A stretch of DNA of 64,000 nucleotides, from contig CM120640.1 of assembly GCA_051362555.1 (NCBI GenBank), positions 15,314,001-15,378,000 on the forward strand. The letters are read 5' to 3'. The translations under genes were made by a program, and so were the position numbers. The first letter of the stretch is position 1. Each line of letters opens with the position of its first letter. Shown one piece after another: positions 49,336 through 62,500 of this stretch. Below the pieces are notes generated by a model. That model saw only the letters and a list, made by a program, of their open reading frames with translations, searched no databases and was not told where the DNA came from. This DNA is from Lingula anatina (taxonomy: Eukaryota > Animalia > Brachiopoda).

Positions 49336-51800
49336 TCAAATATCTTACATAATCCCATATCTGATTTTAGAAAATGTTGTTGAATGTGGCCATACACCGG
49401 CTCTTAGAAAACTAACATCACCATCAGCGTCTCCTTATATTCTAAGGAAATGTACTGTTTTCATCATTTTGATTAAAACTTTTAAGAAAGAAAAACCATT
49501 GATTTTTTTTCACAAAAATAGTAGTAGTGAAAACATTTCACAGGTATTCTCACATAAGATCTATTCATTATAGTTTAATCACATATCTATTTTTAGATTA
49601 CAGTAATGGGCAAAAGTTATCAAACTTTCATATACATAATTTTACAATCACTTAATAATATTTTTAACAGTGTTTTTGGTGTTTTACTGCAGAGAATAGA
49701 ACTAGAGTAGCCTGCTTTTTAATTTGTTGCTACCACTCAATAGGAATATTCTAAACTCAAGAAATTAAGACTTAAAAAATACAGTATCTTTAAAATTCAT
49801 AATTTTTCCAAACTGAAATGGAAATTATCGTTTGTGAAAGCTGACTGTTAATCTTAGTGCAGTGGAATTCATTTGAAACATAGATGTTTTATTCTTATTC
49901 AAAGTCAACAAAGAATGAACTCGACAGTCCTTGTGCAGCACACCTGAGAAGAATAGTCTCAATAACAGAGCAAGTAAACATAGCTAGGTTGCTAAAACAT
50001 GACTGAGACATCTGCACCCTAGTTAACAGATCATGTTTACCTTTATCAAAATGCTCTCAAGAAATAGCAGAAAAAAGGAAGGGTTCTTTACTGATAAAGT
50101 ACCATAAGAGATAGGGAATCTAAATTATATTCTTGGGTGATGAAAATTAATTTCTTATGCAGAAGTTAATTAAAAAAAGATGTTTCAAAATGTTTGAAAT
50201 TGATTTACCTAAAGTGACTAAGGCACCAAACTATTGAAACTTTGGTGAAGTAGGTTTTTTATTGCCTTTTGTGTAATGGTGGAGAGTACAAAAGTAAATT
50301 GTTTTTGAAGAGTCTTCAGAAACATATTTCCCATAGGTTCATCAACATGCCAGTTTTTTTTTTTTTCTTTTTTGAAATATCCAATCTTTTATCATTATTT
50401 GAAACTTTAATCAAAATGTAATAACAGCACAAAAAATTAAAATGTAAAGCCAGCTCAAGACGATGGAAAAGATGTATGAAAAGGAAAACAATGAACCTAA
50501 CACTTTTTAAGGTAGCACATTTTTGTTTACATGCAAATAAATGAAATATGACACTGTATTAAACAAGCCCTCTTTGGTCTGATTGTTTTTAAGCTGAAAA
50601 TTTAGATGACTTATGCAAACACCAGCTTCCACTGGTTCTTTACTACCAATGTAAAACAATCCTAACTACATGGCATCTGTAAACAAGAAGTGAGTACTTA
50701 ATAAACAAATTCCCAAATATCCATGAAAGATCAATCTTTTACCTGTCAACCAGTGCTAAAATAAGTATCGCCATATGGAAGATAACTCGGAAAATATAAA
50801 CATAGCAACTGAGGAATGGATCTGATACAAAACTACTAGCATCCAAATCAATCATGTATTAATTTTGTCACCAAACAAATTCTGCTTGATATTTACCTTG
50901 CGATGACTCAAAGATATGTCCCTATTTCAACCATGCTTTGATGGATGACTGCATCATTAAGGGTGTTTCTGGGAATCAACTTCAGTTCCACAAGCAATAA
51001 CCCAAGTGCACACTGACATTAAACCACTGGATTTATTGACAATCAACAAATAACATGATGTTGTCAGAACTGCTACCTAAGCTATAACGTACTTCAGTTA
51101 TCTGTTTTCATTCATAAATGACAGCTTATAGGGATTTACCAAATAAAAGGATATGGAAAAAATCCATAAAATTGCCAATCCTACAGCAATACATGTTTTG
51201 TATATAAACAAATACTTTATTGTGTAATCGTGTGTAGCACAAGTAGCACCAAGCCTCTACTATATGACTGTAATGGGATGACATGTAAAAAAATCAAATA
51301 TTGTTAGGAAATTTCCTGGTGTTCTCAACAATCACAACGTTTATCAAACACCACAAAAGTTAAGTTAGAAGACCATATTTCCTTTTCTTCAATTAATCTA
51401 ATGCAAAAAGAGAAAAATTAGAGATAATGATAATACCACAGTAGTCTGCATAGTAAATGTAGAACTCCAACAACCTATACAGTTTCTATATTAAACTTAC
51501 TCATTATTTGCCTCTTTCCTTTGAATTACTACAAAAGGTCTTCTCTCAGGAGTTATTGTTGTTACATCAAAGCTTATTTGCTAAAGAGATGTAACTAGTG
51601 ACAGAGAAATTTAATACAATCTACCTGAACCCAACAATCCATCAAGCACCATTTTCAGGAGAAAACTTTCAACTGCTTGACAACACCTCGATTACACACA
51701 AAGATAACTGTGCAACAGAAAACAAACTAATCCATTTAATTGTCTGCTTTCCATGTTTTCATTTTCCATTAACGGAGTGGCAATTCAGGCAAATAGTTAA

Positions 51801-51803
<3 letters not shown>

Positions 51804-51874
<71 letters not shown>
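51804..51874. repeat. (TA)n microsatellite
   Basis: Pure TA run. Confidence 0.95.
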
Positions 51875-51877
<3 letters not shown>

Positions 51878-51984
51878 GCACATAAAAATTACTGCAAAAA
51901 AATTTTTTTTTGTATTTCTAATATCAGTCATCTGAGGGCATTATGAATTAGTAAATTTCAAAGTAAATTTACGTCTAACACCCC

Positions 51985-52205
51985 ATTTCCATAGATTTTT
52001 ATATCGATCTATCTCTGTGGGGAGTCTCACTAGATTACTGTCAGCTTGGCCAGCTTAAGCGTCTGTCCCGCCTACTAAAAGCTGTAAGGGGGTAATTAAC
52101 TATGGTGCCCGCTCGGGTGACTGCAATTTAGCGTGAACCCCCAGGGAGTTAGGTTGATCTAAATCTTAATCTTTAGATCGATCTAAATCTTTGGGAAAGC
52201 ACCCT
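51985..52205. mobile_element. MITE-like element with imperfect TIRs
   Basis: TTTCCATAGATTTTTATATCGATCTA versus TAGATCGATCTAAATCTTTGGGAAA, with a more GC-rich interior. Confidence 0.45.
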
Positions 52206-53747
52206 AACTGTAACTTACATGCGGACCTCATTTGCTGCAATATGGCAACCAACAGATAAAAGTGCAGTGAAAGCTTCACAACAGGCAGATGAGAGTTTAT
52301 CTGCAGTTCAAACTATTGACAAACATGGCACAAAAGCATTGATCAATAAAAAGGTGATCAGCTTTTAGCAGACAACAAACAGAACAGAATGTAACTGCTT
52401 CCAAATACATATATTTTTCATTTGCCTGAAAATTAAATATATTACAATAATTTTTAATTCAATAACTAAACTATCAAAGCTAGTCACTTTTTTTCTCCTT
52501 TCAATGAATAAATAAATGATTTTAAAAATATATGGATTCTATTTAAAATAATGTGAACATCCTGTAAATTGCATTTTATTTAATCATGTCACATACAGTT
52601 ACCTTTTAAAATGTGCCCTATCATTATGTTCAAACATTAAAACTAACCTGTGATATGTCTGTGATATGATTAAATAACAAAATACAATAGACTTATTACC
52701 AGCCTAATGAATCTCTTCAAGAACAGGAACCTAATATTTGTGTGCCTTGTTTTTAAGGTGAGAAGCTCCCTTGGCACTTTCAGATGACTCTCAGGTGCAT
52801 GCCACATGCAAGCTACTCGTATAACGGATCTGACTGCGCACAGATATCCCCATGTCACTAATAAAACAAAACAATCAACTTAGCCACACCACAAATGGAT
52901 TAAGTACTAATCAATGGGATATATTCAATTAATAAAAGTACAGTCTTCATTTCTAGCACCTGTTCCTCTAAACATTATCAAAGACACTTTTTCTTTTAGT
53001 ATATGATTTCCTTTATCAAGTCAAACCTACAGAAAACCACCATTTTTACTTACAATATAAATATCATTATGTCTGCTTAATGGTTCAAATCAAATTTTTA
53101 GTGCTTTATTGTAATAAAATTAATTATTTAAGTCTAAAAGAGGACCTTAAAATTTGTCTACCTGGCAACTTTGCATCTCCCTCTCAGAAACTATGGATGG
53201 TCTACTGAGAATAGAGATCAACTATTCTCAGTCCTGTAAAGTAATCAGCCGACCTGCCGAAGTCTTGGAGAGGGAGACACAACGTCATCAACTAGACAAA
53301 TTTCAAAGTCCACTAACAGATTTGAATAATTTATTTTATGTGAAATACGACCAGGTGACTAACAAACATAGTAATATTTAACCGTAATCTTAATTTAAAA
53401 AGTAATAATGAGGTAAACACCCTTTTTATTATTCCTTGTGAAATACAACATAGTCTGCTAAATCTTTAAAGTCTAAGATTTTAGTCATTAGACTTTTTGT
53501 GCAACAAAACCCTGGGCTCTGCTATCATTCAGACCACTTTGAAGGATGTACACCCTTTTCACATTGAGTGGTATACTTTAGAGTTACTGTCAGTACTGGT
53601 ACATTCTGTGAGACTGACAACTTAAAAGCCCGGTATTTTATAAGAGAATCACCTAAACAGAGCCTCTGTGTTCAACAAAGCTTATTAACATAGAAACCAA
53701 GCCCATATTACATGGATCAACCCAACTCTTACGGGACTTTCACTAAG

Positions 53748-53869
53748 TGCAATCACCTTAACTGAATGACAAGCCTCCTCCTGTATCCAATGTACTTGTA
53801 TTATCATCAGCTTTTCTGTATTCTACTTAAAGCCAGGAGGCGGCTTGTCATTCAGTTAAGCTGACTGCA
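53748..53869. repeat. 36-bp inverted repeat with 50-nt spacer (fold-back, MITE-like)
   Basis: TGCAATCACCTTAACTGAATGACAAGCCTCCTCCTG pairs with CAGGAGGCGGCTTGTCATTCAGTTAAGCTGACTGCA (3 mismatches). Confidence 0.8.
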
Positions 53870-53945
53870 AGGGAATAGGGCCTTACTACCTAACAGCAAG
53901 AAAAGGAGTAAAACACCCTGGAGCCTAATAAACCATAGCGGCAGT

Positions 53946-54153
53946 CAGGGCTCTTCCAAGGATTGGGGGTACAGGCCATCCAAAATTACCACCGGTAATT
54001 TCCTACAAAATTTCTGGGGGTCCAAGTATGCCTAAAGCCCTCATATTTCAAAAAAATCCATAAGCCATCCAGCTGTCTTTGAAAATTTTGGCAGTCTGCT
54101 GGTGCTAGTGGCCATCCAAATGACAGACGAAGGGTTCGCTGGGAAAACCCTTG
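53946..54153. mobile_element. hAT-type MITE
   Basis: Ends CAGGGCTCTTCC ... GGGAAAACCCTTG, with a perfect 8-bp target-site duplication GCGGCAGT (53938-53945 and 54154-54161). Confidence 0.8.
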
Positions 54154-55929
54154 GCGGCAGTGGTACAGACTGTATCACTTAAGTTTCCCACTCCACGTGA
54201 AAAGGGCACAAGTTTTTGCCAACATAATTATCCCACTAGAGCCCTTATGACTAGGCCATGAAGCTTAACAAATTACAATCTTCTCAGTAGGTAGGACCTT
54301 TAGATCCCCAATGGACCGAGAGTTCAAACTGTAAAGTAAGCCCCCGCCCATTATTGCAATGCTTATCTGAAAGCCAGAAATGACTTTCAAGGTCTCAAAT
54401 TGGAATTAAAATTCACACCAGCTTCTTATCCTGCACTAATCTAAAAATGTCCCAGAGTTGACATGTAAACCAAAAGGCACTCCAGGAATGCTTCATCAGT
54501 TACTACAATGCCAAACTGTTATTACAGTAGCAATAGATAGGTTGCGTGAAACTTTTCATGTGCGAAATCTTCACCCACCAGATCACCAGAGATCGAAGGC
54601 CCCAGGTGTCGAAAAATAACATGCAACCCTATTAGGAAAGGGTGTCTTGGAATCCTTCCAATATTTCACAGTATGGTGAATAATAACTCATCAAAATATA
54701 CAGAAATTGTCCTAAAGGACAGATCTTGACAAATATCAGGCCTTGTAAATGATAATTGTCATTTGTGAACTAGAGCCATGGATCTGTGATAGCGAACCCC
54801 GAATCAACAACTCAAACCCCAATTTCATTAGCAAGAAGGTAAAAATAGTGATCACATAAAAAAGCATCACATAAAAGAATGTGAACAATTTAACCAGGTT
54901 TCAGCAAGGTACTATCTCTGTTGACATTGTGATACTATTCTTTTTCTCAGCCTGAAATATTTTCAATACAGGAATAACGCCTTTTCAATGTGGAAATAAA
55001 CATTGTCCCATTATGAGATAATGTTGTTACATCAAAAATACAGCTACTCCTTATCCATTAGCTAGTCCCTTACATATATTACTATGTCACATTTTCTGAA
55101 TTACCATTTGCATATAACAATAAGCATTATAGGTGACTGTCCGTTGTACAGGTATATATATAGCATGATAAAAACAGTGAAATTTACTTAATAATTCAGT
55201 TAATAAAATATATATGCACCTTAAAAGTAACCTAACATTGGTTTTCATGCCAAAGCAAATTTTCCTAGATAAAAAAGCAAATTTGTCTTACTCGTGTACC
55301 ATTGCTTGAACCAACAATTTAATCGAATTTGATCTTTTATACATTTGTAGAATTTCTAACTAAATATTTTAGCTCTAAATATCTGGCCGGCCGTTTTGAC
55401 TGCCATCAGTACGTTTATGGAGGAAATATCGACATCTGGGACATTTATTAAAGGGTTTTATTCTTTTACAGAAAACACAAGAAGCTTTGCATGATATGTA
55501 GACAAAGAAGATATGACTTGTGACATTTTCTAATGCGTACATTATACTTGTATACCATGGCAATTACATGTGGTAGTGGACAGTGGTAGTACATGTACAG
55601 TACATATACACGTACCTTTAAAATAATCGATGCCGATACTGGAAACACAAGCACATTTAACGCCTTTAAGTTCTCTATTCTCAGTTAACTGAAACTACTT
55701 TAATTACAAACAATTGGTCTGAAACCACACGTAATGTCAGTTATTACATTCAGTAAACTAATGCACATCCCACCAACCTTCTCCACAGGCACCTGCCTCT
55801 GTTGTTGTAAGCATGACCTACTTTCTGGTCATCTCGCACAGCGTGTGACTTAGATACAGCAGTTCTGTTTTCCAAGTCATACTTCTTTGTACAAAAGCAA
55901 AAGTATGAAATATATGGATAATTACGAAA

Positions 55930-56052
55930 ACGATTATACCATAGCTACAACTGATCACGGCTAATGCCCGAATTTTTAAGAAAGCCCGAATGATTTAAAA
56001 TTAGAGCAACGAGAAAGTCCGAGACTGAGTGGTTAGCAACAAAGATGGCGGG
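55930..56052. promoter_or_regulatory. Putative promoter of C8orf74, possibly bidirectional with the RP1-like gene
   Basis: Locally CpG-richer. X-box-like GTGGTTAGCAAC at 56029-56040 and YY1-like AAGATGGCGG overlapping the ATG. Confidence 0.4.
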
Positions 56053-58771
56053 ACTGACAACAGATCAAGTAAAGGCGATTGCAAGTACTAAGGTACATTT
56101 CCTGCAATGTTGTGTCAATCACTTAAAATTGAATATGTGTATCGAGAACGTCAGTTTCTCTTTTGCGATCCTTTCTTTTGTTTTTCTCTGACACTCGTCG
56201 ACCGTTTTGATAATGTACTAATCACTTCACTGCCTCAAATGAGCTACTCGGCTGTCTGCTAAAATTGCATGTTCTTCATGTTCCAAAGGGGCAAAGGAAT
56301 TTTGGTTTAAAGGTTCATTGCTATAGTTTGAAATTGGAACAGATTATTAAAACATTCATTTATAGATCTATAGCAAAATTCCCATTGTTGCTGTTATTAT
56401 TATTTTATTTATCATTATTATTATTTAATTTTATTATAATTATTATCATTTATCATTACTCATAAACCTCTGAACAATTGATGAAATGGCCTTTCAGATT
56501 AATTCACCTTCAGACTGTGGATGTGCACCTTGCCATTTTGTTAGTCTATTTTATATCTACCAGTAAATGTCCAGTACAGGAATTTACAGCCCTGCATTGA
56601 TGTCAATAAGTCCCACTTTTCCTATTATACACCTGCTTTTCCTGTAAAATACCTTTTATTTTTAATGACGGTTCTGGAAAAAGATCATTTTTTCTTTTTT
56701 TTTTTTTTCTTTCTCAACTTCTTAGAATTACGTTAAAGATACAGTACCACAATTTGTATCACTAACACAAACATAACGCTTTTTTTTTTTCATGCATAAA
56801 ATAGCCTTGATGGAAAAAAAAAATGGCTTGTAACACCTTGTACTCTGTAATGAAGATTGAATTACATATGATTATTCTTTGATATATAAATTTTTCATTT
56901 CTTAATGTAGGGTCGAAGAAGTGCCAGGGGTGTGCTGGCTGACTGTTTAAGCTGGGAATTGAATGAAGATGATGTAAAACAAATAATACAGTTGGACTAC
57001 CTCTATGACACAATTATGTTTGCCATAGAAAAGGGGTTTGCTTGGTCTCAAGTTTGTCTAGTTGTACAGTTATCAATGGAGTTACTAAAGGAGACTGTTG
57101 GTAAGAACTGAGATATATATTATTGGTTTTAGAACTACTGGTCTATTTGTTAACGACTATGCAAGTAGTTATTATCAGATTTTGATGACAATTTCAATGA
57201 GTGTAACAAGTAAACCAAGTAACGAAAAATCAGATTTTGGTGATGATCCATTAAATAGTTAATTAATTAATTAATCAATTAACAAAAAGACTAATTGTGC
57301 TGCCTTGGTGGAGGTCTGCACTCTCTGAATGCATTTCAAGTTAAGCTTATTATTATTATTAAAGTAAAGCTTTTAGAAAAGTGAATAGTATGAGACCATC
57401 ATGCCATTACAAAATATAAATGCCCTATCATGATGGTCTAATGCATGCAGCTTTTCTGAAGAATTTCTTTTAATAACAATAACAATATAGAGATTAAAAA
57501 ATAAAATTCCAAAAACATACCAGCTTAAATGACCAGTTCACTCTACAGGTTGGAGTCTTTATGTATTGGAACTATCTGTCCATCTCCATGTACATTTATT
57601 TAGTTTGTCATTATGAAAAGATACATTTTTTTAAATATTAGTATTTTTTTACATGTTTAATCTTCTTACTTTCAGATCAACCTATTACAGAAGCCATCAA
57701 GATTTTAAAGTCAAAATGTTGCCATTATAATGGGAAAATCAGTGGCAGAAACATTCAACTTTACACAGACTACTTTTTTGACACTTTTATGAAACACTTT
57801 AAATTATACCAATATGTTTTCACCAGAGAAAGAGAAAAATGGAACACACAACTGAATCTGACTGTAGAACTACCTCGTGACCCTCTTCCTTGTAGCAGTG
57901 GAAAGCAGCAGCACTTATGGGAATATGATCAAAAATGGACAGAAATAGAACAGAAAGAGACTGAAAAGAAGACTGAGCTTGCACAAAAGAAAACTGTTGT
58001 TTCTGAGGAGAATGATAAAACAATTAAGGAAGCTTACAGAGAAGTTGAACAGTTAGAGGAAACTGCTGATAAAGAGGTATGTTGTCATATTCATGGCAGA
58101 AAGCAATGTTTACAAAGTTAAAAAGAAAGATACATTTTGTTTATATCAACTTTCTCACTTGTGAACTTTAAGAAATCTAGTAGTATTTTCAATTTTCTTC
58201 TTACCATTCTGTTGAAAATTTTGTTTTCAAATATACAATTCTTCATTCTCAGACTATTGCTAAAACAGTAGCAGCATTTGCCTCTGCACATATGAAATCT
58301 GCCATAGATAACTTGAGACTCAGCATAGAGGAAACAGAATATGATCTGGACTTCAAGCTTGAAAAAACAAGTTTAGCTAGGCCACAAGAATTGGGTAAGT
58401 TGTATTTTGTCATGGAAAAGGCCTCTATTTTTCACAAAACTTGTCGTTCATTATTTGGAAAATTGATACTCTAATTCATGATTAATTCCCTTCGGATATG
58501 TGTATACAAATAAAACCACTTTCTTTACTGGATCAAAGTGATTTCCATTTTAGTACGTTATATTTTTCTTATGGGAATATATATTTGATTTTTTTTTCAA
58601 GCATAAAAAACTATCATAAATATTATTGTAAAACGTGAACTTGCCTTTATTCCAGGCCCTCCTCCCAGATATAATACTAAGTCTCCAATAAGAGGAAATT
58701 CCCCAGTTGGAAGAAAAAGTGCAAACTCAAAAGCAAAGGGAAGGGACAAATCTTCAAAAGGAAAAAAGTGA
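56045..58771 (+). CDS. C8orf74: C8orf74 homologue (CLAMP / flagellar C1a-32-like family), about 298 aa
   Basis: Exons 56045-56092, 56911-57100, 57676-58076, 58253-58394, 58656-58771 sum to 897 nt. LDYLYDTIMFAIEKGFAWSQV...ELLKET and DYFFDTFMKHFKLYQYVF match recalled human C8orf74 segments (LDTLYESIIFAVGKGFPW; DYFHHTFIRHYKLYQYVL). Basic C-terminal tail. AATAAA at 59253. Confidence 0.88.
57140..57342 (+). mobile_element. Degenerate short interspersed repeat, possibly a non-autonomous Helitron/Helentron type
   Basis: Ends GCCTTGGTGGAGGTCTGCACTCTCTGAATGCATTTCAAGTT; a related fragment lies at ~29690-29800 (GCAGAGGACTGCACTCT). Family assignment is from recall only. Confidence 0.35.
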
Positions 58772-59545
58772 AACCTATTCTTGCATAGAACTGTACTGAA
58801 AATGGAATACTTCAGTCACTCAGTCCCAGGCCATGTAGAAATTAGGTGCACACTTAAAATATTCACTGTGATGCTAATGTTAGTCACATGAAAGTTTTAG
58901 TGCTATGTATACAAAGTGTAGTAAAATAGGTGCATACATTTTGAACAGGTTCACTGTGATAGCAAATTGTGTAATGTTCTTTAAGACATTGTCATTACTG
59001 TTAAGTCCAAATGTTATTCATTTATTGTTGTATTTGTTAAGTAAAAACTAGGTGCCCAAATAGTGCAGAATGCTTCCAGTCTTATTTATAGTTTTTCATT
59101 CTTAGCCCCAAGTCACTATACAAGTCCATCATTTTATTATTAGTTGTTTTTTTTTTAGCAGAATGGGAGCTTTGAGACACATAATAGTTATCATTTGCCA
59201 TGTTAATATGAAATGTTGCCAATAATCTGTACACTTTTCACGTACTGTTTTGAATAAATGTTTTAAACCAACAAACAAAATGAAAAAGGTGAATTTTTTT
59301 ATTTGTTGACTTAAAAGATAAATATGATTATTACTTTTTTTTCTTTGATATTATATACCACTTTAAAAGTCCATTTCTGTTTCCATTTGGCATTGCATGT
59401 TTGATAAGCTTATACATCATAATCATGCTCATGACAATATTCTTCAGTGAGATAGTTATCTTTTTAAATATCCAATATGTATCAATCCTGGGTGGAATAT
59501 ATTATCAGTTTTCCTTCAATTTGATGATTGTTCAGCATGAATAAC

Positions 59546-62500
59546 TTATTGAACTTCAAAGTCAAACTCAAAGTATGGTGAATCAAACTGATGACATCTG
59601 ACAAATCCATCTTCACCACCACTGCTGTAGCTGAAATAAAAATAAATTATTCATTTTATCATTTTGAATCTCAAATATATAAGATCAAATATTTTGTGTG
59701 AAGTTCAATTTACTTATTTTCTAATAACAGTGCAAAATTTGTAGAGAACAGACTTTAAGCAGGTCTCTCGTCAAACTTGAACAGGGTTTTCGAATAATTC
59801 TATTAAAATGACATGTGGAACGGTCTGTTGTCTAAACTATGTTGTATCAACTATTTTTTCTTCGGCTTTAAAATACAGCATTAAAGCCCAATTCTGTTGT
59901 ACACAATATTACAAAGAAAATCTATTGACTAATGAAGAATACTTCAAAACATGCAATGCTGGTTAGGTTGTTTGTATAGCAAAAATATCATGGCGATTTA
60001 ATTTTTTTTATCAAGTTATAAATTAGGAGTGGAAGTAACCAGTCTTTGTATCCATTACTTAAGAACCACAAAATTAGAAACTTAAATATGAAAATGATAA
60101 ATTTGTCAACCCTTGGGGACATGAAGTAGTTTAAGGAAAAGTGTTGAAATTTATTTAAAACAAAGCTCTAAAACTCAAGAGTGCCTTTGAAGTAAAAAAA
60201 AAAAGTACAAACCTTTTGCCATCTGGGTGGAAAGCCAGACTGTTAATTGGTCCAAAATGCCCCTTGACCCTACCAAATTCTTCCTCAAATATAAGATGGT
60301 AGAACCTAGCATCAAACTTCCCTATCCTTGAGGATGTTGTAGTCACGTCCATAGCCTCCTGTCCACCACCTAGTACAACCTGAAATAATATTTTTCATAC
60401 ATATACACTTAATCAATAATAAAAACTTCCAGTGGTGGAGAGTGGAGAGAACACCCATCTTTGGGGCTGTCCACCTTTTGGATATTAACTATGACCATTT
60501 TATGTCCCAATACAAGACATAATGCCTTGCAAATGCCAAAACAAAAGCTTAGCAGACACACTTTGACAATTATTTGCACCGCTATCACGTGTGTACTTTG
60601 AACTGTACGCCATAATACATATTGAGGCTTCTGTCAACTGTGCATCGCTAAACAGTGTGACAACTCACTACCTTTTACATAGTGTTAAGTGTCTTCCGCA
60701 AATACTCAACTGACTAATACCTATCTGGAGTAAACTGCTATCATGAGTTCTGGGAATAAATCTAAATACTTTCACAGCAAATCGCCTAATGCTGATGGAA
60801 AAAAAGAAAAAAAAGACAAAGAACCACCACCACCACCTACAAAACGGCATCATAGTGAAGAATTTAACTCTACTAGTAATGCAGAAGAGTCTTTTTCCCT
60901 CATGAGTAAACTGGAAGAAATAGAATGAGAAGTTAAACGAGTTAAAATTGATACACTCCAGGGCATAATACAAAACATGATAAGTGATATTATGCAAGTA
61001 TTTACCCAAGAGACTGACAAAAAAAAATCAAGGAAATTCAAGACCAAAACAGAAGGGGGATCAAAGATCTGAGAGAATTGAATCACTTGAGATTGAAAAT
61101 CATGAACTCTGTGAGAAACTGGCCGAGAGGGACAAAATTGTGAGGGTACTTAAAATCAGATGAGGCTATCAAGTCCCCAGGGGAGGCACAAAAATGGCAA
61201 ATTACAATGAACAATATTCAAGAAAACAAATCTAAACAACATGAGAATGAAGGAGCTTGATGGAGAAAAATAGAGTGAAGTGGTTTGTACAATTCCAAAA
61301 GATATAGGCAAGTAAATCTAAAGGCAGAGGACATCATGGTGTGTCCCAGGATACCCAGGAAACCAGGTCAACCATGCCTTATACTGCTGAAAGTCAAAAT
61401 CACGGAAATAAAGGAGAGCACAATAAGGACCAGGAAAGTTTTTTAAACAAGTAGAAGTGGACTCAGATTAGAAATCAATGTCATTAGACTTGTACAAAGC
61501 TTGAATGAACATGATGCAGTGAAATGGCATGGTATTTCACCATGCAGTATACTGGAGGATAAAGGTGAAAGGTGAAACATGAAAGAGGAAATTTCAGCAT
61601 CTTTGATGACACTGACCAAAAAATAAGACAAAAACAAAACTTATGTTTTTTTCTCTCCTATGCAAAATTAATTATCTGTTGTTCTAGACTGAATTTTTTT
61701 TGTCTAAAAGTTACGACCAATTTTAAGGCCAATGTTCTTTGGAAACTGGTTTATTGTAAAATCCACAATCATTTTTTGTGAACTTCAAGATCAAAAAACA
61801 CTCAGGTTGTTAATCCTTCAGCAACTCTAATAAATGTATGTCATTTCTAAACCACTGTTAACATTTGAAATTTTTAATGATCTGACAATCCCAAAAGTTG
61901 AACTTCTTTTACCAGTAACTACTTACGTGATCCATGAGTGGAGAAATAGATGCAGAGTTAACTGGCCTCTCTGTCCTATATGTTTTCATGTGTTTAAGAG
62001 TAGCTGTATCAAATAACTGTAAAGAAAAACAACATCTTTAAAACCAGGACCATATTTACATGCAATAACTTGTGCCAGTCATTCACATGAAAAAAACAAA
62101 GACGGCTATGACAACTCATTAATTAAAATGTACCATTCAAAAACTTGTGTTGTATTAATTATCATACTTACACAGTTGACAGTATCTCAGAGCATTTACT
62201 AAATGCTATAAGACACTGAGAACTTTTTAAAATTTATACTCGGAAATGAAATGTTGTTATTATCTCCTTTAATTATATTGTTTTACACAAACCTTAGCTG
62301 TGCAATCCTTGGAGGCTGTTATCACCATCGTTTTGTCTTTGGAAGTCTGAATATCATTTATTTGCTTATTGTGGTCTTTGACTTGATGTACCAGATCCCC
62401 AGACTAAAAAGATAGTACACAAGCATACATCACACATATAAACACACATATTCACTTAATTTACAAACATTTCACTTCAAGTTCTTCAAAGTCCCCTTGC

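Noticed and set aside
55375-55563. Cys-rich minus ORF resembling a RING/zinc finger (CVFC...CPRC)
   Set aside because: Short, spacing does not fit a RING, and there is no supporting splice structure.
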